Positions 50,246-58,897 of a DNA stretch of 64,000 nucleotides are shown here, in pieces. How positions within the stretch are numbered: position 1 is the stretch's first letter; the number at the start of each line of letters is the position of its first letter. The position numbers and the translations under genes are program-made. The notes below the pieces were generated by a model. That model did no database searches. It saw only the letters and a list, made by a program, of their open reading frames with translations, and had not been told where the DNA came from. Source of the DNA: a virus; IMG/VR virus record IMGVR_UViG_3300025030_000004, positions 64,001 to 128,000 of that record; one strand, given 5' to 3'.

Positions 50246-51322
50246 TCAAATCCCTTCATCATCTTCTATTGATATATTACATACTGTTTCCTTTTCATCA
50301 TCGGTAATAAATTTTAATATGTTTTCTCTATTCCCTTCAGTTGGGTCATTTTCGAATATCCCATAAGGATCACCATATTGTTTTATGTAATCTGCTTTTC
50401 TTTCATCATAAAATTTATATATATCCCCATATTCCACAAGAGGCATTCCTTTTAAATGCCTTTCATAATTTACATAGCACCATATATTAAAATCTAAAGC
50501 ATCATTTGGTCTAAATTTAAATCTTGGTAAAATGGGGATTATATCAACTTCTCTTTCGATAGCTTGAGATAATTCACTTATTGTATTTAATCCTTCTGTC
50601 AAATCTGCTTTACTTAATTGACTAGGATTTATTTTTGCGCTTGTTGCAGCATCTTTAGCCATACCAGCCCAATTTTTTGATTCTGCCACATCACCTTTTG
50701 CGGTAGCTATTTCTTCTTTAACTCTATATCTAATATAATTTAATAATGCTTCGGTATGCATAGCTGTCTTTTCAGAATAATTATTTTTAAGCTGATTATA
50801 TTTCTTTTCGAAATAATAATATTCTTCATTTGTATATCCATAATTCCACTTATCAATTATTTCATTAGTTACAACGAATCCATCCATATGTGAATTAGCA
50901 CCTTGTTTGTTTGCAAAATTATTAGCACTATCATAATTTAATTCTTGTTCTATCTCTGGCAACATTTTAGAATCTTTCCATCCTAGTTTACGGTATTGAG
51001 ACATGGCTGTGTTTTTCATATAGACACCCATGACCTCTCCACCTTCTTCAAGTGAAGATTTCCATAAATTATATAAAAATGGTCTATCAAATAATTGTAA
51101 TGTACTTTTAACTTTGTCTAAAACTACATTTCCTTGTTCGTCACTAATCATATCTTTAATGCATTTTTTGCAATATAAAATCCGACCCATTTTATGAATC
51201 GGATTGTAACTAACATAGTATTCAGATTCCTTTTTTAAATCTCCACAATTTTGACATGAATATTCTTTTTGAATTCTTTTTGGTTTTTTAGTTGTATTTT
51301 TAGGTCTCCCTGCCATAAACAC
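50246..51322 (-). CDS. Putative terminase small subunit (YonG-like)
   Basis: N-terminal CQNC..CKKC, FDRPF; precedes terminase large subunit. Confidence 0.55.
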   Translation of the reverse strand: MFMAGRPKNTTKKPKRIQKEYSCQNCGDLKKESEYYVSYNPIHKMGRILYCKKCIKDMISDEQGNVVLDKVKSTLQLFDRPFLYNLWKSSLEEGGEVMGVYMKNTAMSQYRKLGWKDSKMLPEIEQELNYDSANNFANKQGANSHMDGFVVTNEIIDKWNYGYTNEEYYYFEKKYNQLKNNYSEKTAMHTEALLNYIRYRVKEEIATAKGDVAESKNWAGMAKDAATSAKINPSQLSKADLTEGLNTISELSQAIEREVDIIPILPRFKFRPNDALDFNIWCYVNYERHLKGMPLVEYGDIYKFYDERKADYIKQYGDPYGIFENDPTEGNRENILKFITDDEKETVCNISIEDDEGI

Positions 51323-51439
51323 TTCTCCTTAAATTAATAAAAAGAAATTATAATTCAAATAACCTCTTCTAAATCTTTATATTTTCCACTATAATAATTA
51401 TCTAAAAACTCATAAAATTACTCTTCGGTATATGAAATA

Positions 51440-52558
51440 CTAACAATTATTTAATTGATAATATTCATCCCTATAAAACCAAATATATCCTTTAAATTGT
51501 TTATATTTATGCTTGCAACATAACATTATACTGTTGGCATTATACCCTAACTGTCTAGTTACCTCTCTTAAACTTCTAAATTCGTTTATATAATTACCGT
51601 CCATATCACATTGGACAACTTCCCTTTTGTTTTTATTATTATTTCTTAATTTTTCCCTAGTTTCAAAAGAAACCTCTAACCCTAAAGGACTTCCTGCTGT
51701 TGGGCACAAATTATATCCAATATTTCTTTCAAAACAATTTGTATTATCAATCCAATATTGTTCCCTCTCAATGAGTTTACTTTTATCGTCAACCAACTCG
51801 ATTATTTCAAACTTGAAATTATCTTGACCATATTTAATCCACGATCTTTGTAGGTATTCATTTTCATGATTTTGTTTGTTTAATTTACTTATATGTGCTT
51901 TCTTTCTATCTATTAAATCTACCGCACTACCTATATATATTTTACCATTAAATAAATTAGTTATCCTATATATTCCTGACGCATATTCCGTATATTCAAT
52001 TTTTGAAAAAGTATCATCATTTATATCAACAATCAAACATTTCTTGCATGTATTTTTATAACCACTAGGAGTATTATCTTTCCAAAAATTATTGTCATTC
52101 ATTTCAATAAGACAATCGCACTCTTTACATTTTTTAAACATAACTCCATTAATGTTTTTGTAAATACTTGAATTATGAAGATATAGGAGACTCATATTTT
52201 GAGAAATATTCATTCTAAAAGCTTTTCTTCTTATACTGTCCTCACTCCTACTTGGAAGTAATTTTAATAAATCATCAATATATGTATTTTCATAATTCAT
52301 TTTTAAAATTGATTCCTCTTCATTAGACCAAGTTTTGAATGATAATCTTTCTTTATTTTTTTTAATGCCTAAACTACTAGTAATATAAACTACGCTTTTG
52401 TATTTAGATTCTGATCCAAATTTTTCTATTAATTCATTTTTGCTTGATTCAATATAGTTTTTACAAATCCATAGAACATCTTCTAAACTCCAATTGTCTT
52501 TAAAGCGTGTTGACCTAGCATTATGCCAATTAATTACTTCTGTTTTTGTTTTACTCAT
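51440..52558 (-). CDS. GIY-YIG endonuclease with N-terminal Myb-like repeats/Zn finger and NUMOD1
   Basis: SGIYRITN..IYIGSA..HENEYLQRSWIKYG; REVVQCDMDGNYINEF..GYIW. Confidence 0.85.
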   Translation of the reverse strand: MSKTKTEVINWHNARSTRFKDNWSLEDVLWICKNYIESSKNELIEKFGSESKYKSVVYITSSLGIKKNKERLSFKTWSNEEESILKMNYENTYIDDLLKLLPSRSEDSIRRKAFRMNISQNMSLLYLHNSSIYKNINGVMFKKCKECDCLIEMNDNNFWKDNTPSGYKNTCKKCLIVDINDDTFSKIEYTEYASGIYRITNLFNGKIYIGSAVDLIDRKKAHISKLNKQNHENEYLQRSWIKYGQDNFKFEIIELVDDKSKLIEREQYWIDNTNCFERNIGYNLCPTAGSPLGLEVSFETREKLRNNNKNKREVVQCDMDGNYINEFRSLREVTRQLGYNANSIMLCCKHKYKQFKGYIWFYRDEYYQLNNC

Positions 52559-52615
52559 CTCTAATTCCTTCTTTCCGTATATTTTTTATTTCCGTACTAA
52601 TCATTAAAAATAAAT

Positions 52616-52664
52616 AGAAGAGAGGGTACGGAAATGGGTCATGACTCCCAAAAACCTCTCTTCC
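52616..52664 (-). ncRNA. Leader element L7
   Basis: Stem ggaagagagg/cctctcttct; tggg-agTCATGA-ccca; sense segment atttccgtac complementary to gtacggaaat (52588-52597, 10/10) and tacggaaa (52572-52579). Confidence 0.7.
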
Positions 52665-52787
52665 TTCTTCACAGTATTTTTGTGAATATTAAAAGACACT
52701 TACATTACGCAAGTGTCCTCTCAAAACACAAAACTTTATTATTTATAACTCAAAACCAAACCCATAAATTTTCAAATTGATTGGATA

Positions 52788-53435
52788 TTAACTATCCAAA
52801 AACTCCATCATATTATATTTAACATTTTCTTTGCCCATTTCTAAGCACTTATATGCCAGTTTTACCACTCCGTCTACAATACAATCTGTACAAGCGTCAT
52901 TAAAAATCTTATCTAAACATTCCCCGATAGAATCCTTAATCTCATCCTCTAAACATTCATTGCAACAACATAATGCATCAACTTCACTTTTCGCTTCACA
53001 GATAGGGCATTCATACTCATCTTCCAAATCATTTTCCTCACAATCTTCAATATCATTAACATCCTCGACCATCTCACACCAAGACCACGTTCCATCACCA
53101 TTTAGATACTTATCAACTTCCTCTTTGGTCATATTAGTATCTGTAAAAATAAAATAATCGACAAATTGATCAAAAGGATCGACGAATTTATAGTGGTCAT
53201 ACCCTTTTGCAGATTCACAATAAAACCTAATACCACCTTCATCAAACCACATGTTCACATAAAACTCATCATTGTCCAAATCTTCATCTTCGTCAACAAT
53301 ATCATATTCTTCATCAAGGTATTCTGAAATATAGATTGCTAGAGGTTTATTTACTACCATAAGAAAATTTCTTGATTCTTCAATATGGATATTGATAACA
53401 TTTTTAATATCTGACAAGGTTAATTTATTGCTCAT
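52788..53435 (-). CDS. Acidic Cys-rich hypothetical protein
   Basis: D/E-rich with CPIC, CCCNEC, CTDC. Confidence 0.6.
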   Translation of the reverse strand: MSNKLTLSDIKNVINIHIEESRNFLMVVNKPLAIYISEYLDEEYDIVDEDEDLDNDEFYVNMWFDEGGIRFYCESAKGYDHYKFVDPFDQFVDYFIFTDTNMTKEEVDKYLNGDGTWSWCEMVEDVNDIEDCEENDLEDEYECPICEAKSEVDALCCCNECLEDEIKDSIGECLDKIFNDACTDCIVDGVVKLAYKCLEMGKENVKYNMMEFLDS

Positions 53436-53469
53436 TAAATGTTCCTACCTTTTAATTATTTATTATTGG

Positions 53470-54069
53470 TTAGATAATCTCATCCACCAAACCATATTCC
53501 AACATTTCTTCACTAGTCATACACCACTCATAGCGACTCATTTTCTCATACTGATCTTCAGTTATTTTAGTATGAGACAGGATAAAATCCTTAATTTTTG
53601 TTTCATACTTCTCACTAAATTTAAAATAATCCTTAACCTGAGTAGCAGTGCCTTCTAAATATGTGCTTCCACTATGAATTAATGCCGTACTAAACGGATA
53701 GCACTTTACATTTACATTAGGATTATTAAATCCTGCCATTACAATAAGACTACCCATTGAGTAAGCATAAGCCATAATAGTAATAGTAGTTTTTGTTTTA
53801 AGTTTGGTTATTAAATCGCATAGAAATAGACCATTATGTACTTGACCACCATTTGTATTTAAAAGGATATTAATTTCATCTCCTGTACCATCATTATCCA
53901 TTTCCATTAAAGGTAAACAAACACATTCTATTGTTGCTTCTGAAATTGTATCATTAATAATAATTGTTCTGTTTCTGATTCCTTTGAAATACTGGTACAT
54001 AATAGGATCTGATGTTTCAGATAATTGTGATACAAGTTCATTTATATCAAGACTTCCTAGTTCTGACAT
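53470..54069 (-). CDS. clpP: ClpP-like protease
   Basis: LNTNGG, AYSMGSL (catalytic Ser), ALIHSG, LEYGLVDEII. Confidence 0.8.
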   Translation of the reverse strand: MSELGSLDINELVSQLSETSDPIMYQYFKGIRNRTIIINDTISEATIECVCLPLMEMDNDGTGDEINILLNTNGGQVHNGLFLCDLITKLKTKTTITIMAYAYSMGSLIVMAGFNNPNVNVKCYPFSTALIHSGSTYLEGTATQVKDYFKFSEKYETKIKDFILSHTKITEDQYEKMSRYEWCMTSEEMLEYGLVDEII

Positions 54070-54101
54070 AAAAATACCTCATTATTCTTTCAATTTATTT
54101 A

Positions 54102-54944
54102 TTATTTTAATTTGCAATCATAAGCAGATTTTACCCAAACATAACCTCCTGCTGTTTTACCTTTTCCATTAATGCACTGTCTAATATTTTGTTTTTTGAT
54201 TCCAGTACATTTTTCAGCATTATAAATAGAAGGGAATTCCATAACTAATTCTCCGCTTAATGTATATTGGAATATGGATATTGGTTTACCAGCATTTAAA
54301 GTACGTGGCAAATGCTCCTTAATATCAAAGCTATTAGACGAATAATTATCTAGATATAGCCAGATATACCCGTATGCTGTTTTTCTATTCTTATTAGTCC
54401 CTTCGCAACATTCTCTTATAGATTTCGTTTCAAAACCTTCAATTCTGTTTATCTGATTCATGTAATCGTAAATTATTATTATATTACCATTCATATCCAT
54501 CTTAATAACTTTCTTTGAAAACATATTTCCTTTATTATATTTTGAATCAGACATCTTCTTACGTGTTTCAAGTGAAAGCTTTCTTCCTTTTATTTTTTTA
54601 CTCATTGTAATCTTTATTTTGCCATTATATTTGTAGTTATTCAATCCACCACTTGTTGAATTATATCCATTGATAAAAGAATCGTACTTTTGTATATAGT
54701 AGATTTCTTTATTTGATAAATCGTCTTTATTACAAATTTCTAGTATTTCAAAAATAAAGTTATCTTGACCATATTTATTCCATGACCTTTGTAAATATCT
54801 ATTTGTATGGGTATTAAGAATTAATAGCCTCTTATGTTCGTAGAATCTTTTATTTAAATTACTTGATAAACCGATATAAACCTTATTATTAGCTAAGTTT
54901 TCAATCTTGTATATCCCAATATTTCCTATTGTTTTCTCTTCCAC
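54102..54944 (-). CDS. GIY-YIG endonuclease with NUMOD3/NUMOD1
   Basis: IGIYKIEN..VYIGLS..LQRSWNKYG; RBS aaagga gives GTG at 54944. Confidence 0.85.
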   Translation of the reverse strand: MEEKTIGNIGIYKIENLANNKVYIGLSSNLNKRFYEHKRLLILNTHTNRYLQRSWNKYGQDNFIFEILEICNKDDLSNKEIYYIQKYDSFINGYNSTSGGLNNYKYNGKIKITMSKKIKGRKLSLETRKKMSDSKYNKGNMFSKKVIKMDMNGNIIIIYDYMNQINRIEGFETKSIRECCEGTNKNRKTAYGYIWLYLDNYSSNSFDIKEHLPRTLNAGKPISIFQYTLSGELVMEFPSIYNAEKCTGIKKQNIRQCINGKGKTAGGYVWVKSAYDCKLK

Positions 54945-54977
54945 ATCCCCATCTCCTTTATTTTTGCAAACAAAAAA

Positions 54978-55036
54978 GATGGTAGAAAAACACTCTACCA
55001 TCAACTCCACACAGAAAAACAGTCTGAGGGAGTAAT
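54978..55036 (-). ncRNA. Tandem-hairpin leader, family 2, copy A
   Basis: actcc..cagactgtttttctg..ggagt, then gatggtagagtgtttttctaccatc plus U-run. Confidence 0.6.
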
Positions 55037-55048
55037 AATTTTATATAA

Positions 55049-56272
55049 TTATTTTAAATTACAATCATATGCAGATATAAAACCTTTATCACCTACTATT
55101 GTTACTGTTTGACTAGTTTCTCCAGAATAGCGGTGGTTAGTACAATATTCATCATGTGTGACCCATACTCCGCTAGTGATTACTTTACATTTGTCTATGG
55201 TGAGTATTTCAAATATGTGACGATGGCCTAAAAATATTAGTTTTGGTTTCTTATCTAATAATGCTAACATTTGATTTGGAGCATTCTTAACATTTCCATA
55301 ATCGCCATGATACAAAGCACAATAATGACCTTTTACATAGAATTCTGCAATTGTATTTTCTAATATGGATTTTTCAAACTTCACATTCTTCAAATTAGCA
55401 GTCCGTATTTCCATAAATTCCAATACAAAATTCTCATATCTATCTTTATTTTCTGAACGTTCTTTTATATCATTACGCGAGTGATTTCCGGTTACAAAAT
55501 GAATTACAACATATTCAAAATGGTTGCTCATTTTTTCAATAAACTTAGACATATATTCAGAAAATCTTTTTGTTTGTTCGACTATTCCGTATTGATTATT
55601 CCTTATGATGGTTTCATGAATTACACCACTCAGGGCATCGCCACTAAAACATAAATGACATTTATTAATCTTTTCTTTCTTTTTGATATCTAAAATTTGT
55701 AAAGTGTAATTTGCCAATCTTTCAAGAAAAACTTCTTCATTATATTTTTCAAATTCATTATCTACGGTTAGGCCAAAATGAGGATCTGAAATCTGAATTA
55801 CCATTTCATTTTCTTCACTATATAAATGTTCGGGTTGCTTGAAGACGATAGGGGAGAGGTCTTTGATACTCTCCTTAATTAAATCGGCCATTGTTTCTTT
55901 TCTTGCAAGTATTCTTATATCCTTATTTATAGAAGTTCTTAAATCTTGAAGTTTGATTCTTTCTTTTTTAAGATTAATTTCCTTCATATCTAAGTCGGAT
56001 ATTTTCTTATCGATAATAGGAGAGGTTAGATTATCTTTAGACATATCTAATTTTCTTAAAGTCCCATCTCGATCTTGTCTTTTTTTTACAAACTGTCTAT
56101 AGTGTTCACCAGATTTAAATTGATTTCCTTGATGTTTATTTAAATCATTCCACGAAGGATTATTTGTATTGAATATTTGTTTATATTTATCTCTATTATT
56201 CTTGAAGTCTACACCTATAGAGTATAATTGATCTCTATCCATTAATAACCTCAAATCTAAATTTATTTTCAA
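55049..56272 (-). CDS. Calcineurin-like metallophosphoesterase (YonJ-like)
   Basis: SDPHFG, GD, GNH, HGD, GHRH motifs. Confidence 0.85.
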   Translation of the reverse strand: MKINLDLRLLMDRDQLYSIGVDFKNNRDKYKQIFNTNNPSWNDLNKHQGNQFKSGEHYRQFVKKRQDRDGTLRKLDMSKDNLTSPIIDKKISDLDMKEINLKKERIKLQDLRTSINKDIRILARKETMADLIKESIKDLSPIVFKQPEHLYSEENEMVIQISDPHFGLTVDNEFEKYNEEVFLERLANYTLQILDIKKKEKINKCHLCFSGDALSGVIHETIIRNNQYGIVEQTKRFSEYMSKFIEKMSNHFEYVVIHFVTGNHSRNDIKERSENKDRYENFVLEFMEIRTANLKNVKFEKSILENTIAEFYVKGHYCALYHGDYGNVKNAPNQMLALLDKKPKLIFLGHRHIFEILTIDKCKVITSGVWVTHDEYCTNHRYSGETSQTVTIVGDKGFISAYDCNLK

Positions 56273-56329
56273 ATTAAAATAATCCCCTTATCGACCAAAC
56301 AGGGGAGTAGTAAACTTAAATATCCTTTA

Positions 56330-56515
56330 TTAAATAGGTACACTATACCAACAATCCTGACACAAAAATATTTCTTGTTCACAATAATATTTATACCAGA
56401 AACGGAATTTTCCGCATACTGGGCATTGAGTATCTGCATTTTCAATATTCAATTTTAAATTTTCCATAGCAAAATAATCCGTTACTAAAAACTTATAAGA
56501 AGTTATAAAATACAT
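56330..56515 (-). CDS. Small Zn-finger hypothetical protein
   Basis: CPVCG..CQDC; weak RBS. Confidence 0.4.
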   Translation of the reverse strand: MYFITSYKFLVTDYFAMENLKLNIENADTQCPVCGKFRFWYKYYCEQEIFLCQDCWYSVPI

Positions 56516-56559
56516 ACATAATTTATAACTCTATGTTTTATTCCTTATTCATCGTATTA

Positions 56560-57240
56560 CTACTCAAGTTGCTTAACACTCCAAAGGCTTAAATTCCCTG
56601 CTAACGAACAGGTATATAGGAACCTTGATTCAATCAACTAACTTTAAATATCTTATAATTCTCAGTATCCTCCTTTTAAAGAAGAATAGGGTGAGGTATT
56701 GATAAAATTAAAATGACCCACCGTGGTACGCGATTACAAATGAGTAAACTAAGCGTGGTGGGTTCTGTTCGGGCGAAAATACCCATCCATTGTAACAGAT
56801 ATTTTTATTAAAAATTCTTCTTTGTTAGAGTAATTAACTCAATTCTTGATAATAAGGCAGGGTGATTAAAAACTCTAGATATTTCTAATCACCACTAACG
56901 CTCCCTATTATTTATACAACTTGTTATAAGTGTAATAAATATAAGTTTTAGATTATTGAATAATAGGGGAGAGGCAAGGAGAATAATAAATTATGATAAC
57001 TTTATCCATCCTCTCCCAAGGTACTACTGGCACAACAATATGAATTAACCACAATAGCAGGGTGACGCTCAGTTCACTTCTAAACTCTATATCCGCTTTC
57101 GATATAGTTCCTGCATCTCTAATCCATTATGTAAAACACATAATGGAGCGAAGGATGCCCCTTCCTTCCTTATTGTGGTTAGGTATGATTAACGCTAGTG
57201 TCTCCTTAGACCTAGCTGAATGAATTAATCACCATCCATA
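56560..57240 (-). ncRNA. Candidate large structured ncRNA / hairpin array
   Basis: ORF-free; at least seven stems including a multi-branch domain closed by taaccacaata/tattgtggtta (57047-57181). Confidence 0.45.
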
Positions 57241-57468
57241 TTATTCATCATCCTCTTCAAATTCATCAGAAACAACATCTTCAATTTCTTCTTCTGTGAA
57301 AGAAAATTTAACATACTTCCCTGAGAAATTCTTCAATAGTTCAATCAGATTTTTAACACCTTCGTCTGGAATATTTACAACTGCTATGTTATTTTCAATT
57401 GTCAACTCACCTTCGGACGCAAGTTTATGTGTAATTTTCTTTGTTTCAGTAAGTTTAGATTTTGCCAT
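57241..57468 (-). CDS. yonK: YonK-like protein
   Basis: 75 aa, LIELLKNFSGKYVKFSFTEE, located between HU and the YonJ-like gene as in SPbeta. Confidence 0.6.
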   Translation of the reverse strand: MAKSKLTETKKITHKLASEGELTIENNIAVVNIPDEGVKNLIELLKNFSGKYVKFSFTEEEIEDVVSDEFEEDDE

Positions 57469-57513
57469 TATTTCATTTATTCCTCACTTTATTTATTATT
57501 TTATATTCAAATT

Positions 57514-57548
57514 TTGAACCTCACACGACTGAAGTCACGGGTGTTCTT
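57514..57548 (-). mobile_element. Solo IS200/IS605-type end hairpin
   Basis: aagaacacccgtgaCTTCAGtcgtgtgaggTTCAA. Confidence 0.65.
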
Positions 57549-57556
57549 GTTGACGT

Positions 57557-57838
57557 TTATAAATTACACTTATCCTTAAACCCTTTTCCAGCAGAGAATG
57601 CAGGTTTCTTAGATGCTTCTGTTGACCATTCTTTTTCAACTCCACTTAATTTAGAAACTCCACTTTTAGCAGGAATATTTTTTAATTCATAATTGCCGTG
57701 TCCGATAACCTTGATTGCTTCACCCGATGCGACAGTATCTTCAATTAATTCGAAGAAATTAGTAATTAAACGTTCAGCTTCTTTTTTAGTGATTTCCATT
57801 TTCTCTGCATAAGCGTCAATAAGTTCTTTCTTGTTCAC
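57557..57838 (-). CDS. hup: HU-family DNA-binding protein
   Basis: MNKKELIDAYAEK..TKKEA..KPAFSAGKGFKD. Confidence 0.9.
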   Translation of the reverse strand: MNKKELIDAYAEKMEITKKEAERLITNFFELIEDTVASGEAIKVIGHGNYELKNIPAKSGVSKLSGVEKEWSTEASKKPAFSAGKGFKDKCNL

Positions 57839-57873
57839 GATTGTTTTATTCCCCTTTAATTTTAAATTAATTA

Positions 57874-58872
57874 TTATTTATTCAATAGACTGAACTCACC
57901 CAGTTGATATCGTTTTGTAAATTCTTCAAATTGTTCAGGAGTATTGTCATTTCCGTACAAATTATGATATAAGTCATGGATATTCTTTGTTAAACAAACT
58001 CCTAATGGATATTTATTATGTATTAAAATAAACTGTTGCTCTATTAATTCTAATTCCTCATTTGTATAATCTAAAACTGTTAGTTTTAATTCAATATTAA
58101 TGTCTTCTAAAACCTCTAAAACAATCTTATTGAAACTATATAAGTGATGTACTGCACTAAATTTTTGTTTTGTTAAGATACATTTATAGTCACACTGTTT
58201 CATTGATTCGCGTTTCCATTCTAATATTTTTGCGCGAAGAAATTCGTAGATAGGTGTTAAACCGCCTTTCCAAAAAGGTGAATTCTCTCCACTAATCTTT
58301 TCATTCCCACATAATCTACATCCCTTATTAGAGTAAACATTAGCATAACTTACTTTAATTATACCTTGTTCTGGATGTGTCAAGCAGATACATAGTAATT
58401 TTTTATGTGCAGAAACATAATCCTCTGCCGAAAATAAAGGTTTAAATCCATGTTTAATAAATATATCTACTACAATATTGCCATCGAGAAACGCTTTTTT
58501 ATATCCATTTTTTACACGAACCTTACCTAGACTATCTTCACCATATTTTAATTGAAATGATTCTCTTGTTTTTATTTGTTTGCATTTATCGCAACAATCT
58601 TTTTCAATTATTACCCTACTTTTATTATATTTTTGATAAGTCGCAAACAATAAAGTTTTGTCTTTGTAATCTAAACAATAATCACAAAAATATAAAATAT
58701 TTACCTGCGAACTTTTTGGTAAGTCTAAAACTTTAACTAATATAGTAGTTCCTTTTTTAACACTCATTCTTCCATCTTTATCTTTATAGCGAGGAATAAT
58801 ATAGTTTAATTTTTCATAATATGAAATAGTATTACTATGAAGACTAACTCTTATATATTCTGTTACAAGCAT
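57874..58872 (-). CDS. HNH-like homing endonuclease
   Basis: GENSPFWKGG, YKCILT..VHHLYSF..GVCL..HDLYH..YG; N-terminus resembles that of 3626..5128. Confidence 0.7.
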   Translation of the reverse strand: MLVTEYIRVSLHSNTISYYEKLNYIIPRYKDKDGRMSVKKGTTILVKVLDLPKSSQVNILYFCDYCLDYKDKTLLFATYQKYNKSRVIIEKDCCDKCKQIKTRESFQLKYGEDSLGKVRVKNGYKKAFLDGNIVVDIFIKHGFKPLFSAEDYVSAHKKLLCICLTHPEQGIIKVSYANVYSNKGCRLCGNEKISGENSPFWKGGLTPIYEFLRAKILEWKRESMKQCDYKCILTKQKFSAVHHLYSFNKIVLEVLEDINIELKLTVLDYTNEELELIEQQFILIHNKYPLGVCLTKNIHDLYHNLYGNDNTPEQFEEFTKRYQLGEFSLLNK

Positions 58873-58897
58873 TCTATCCTCCTTTAATTAAATTAAA

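Larger units (their letters stand above)
54101..55076. repeat. 29-bp direct repeat flanking the endonuclease cassette (54101-54129 and 55048-55076)
   Basis: 26/29 identical; encodes SAYDCKLK* and SAYDCNLK*. Confidence 0.85.

Noticed and set aside
56720-56735. T-box-like sequence cgtggtacgcg
   Set aside because: Imperfect match, on the non-transcribed strand, with no stem I, terminator or amino-acid gene downstream.
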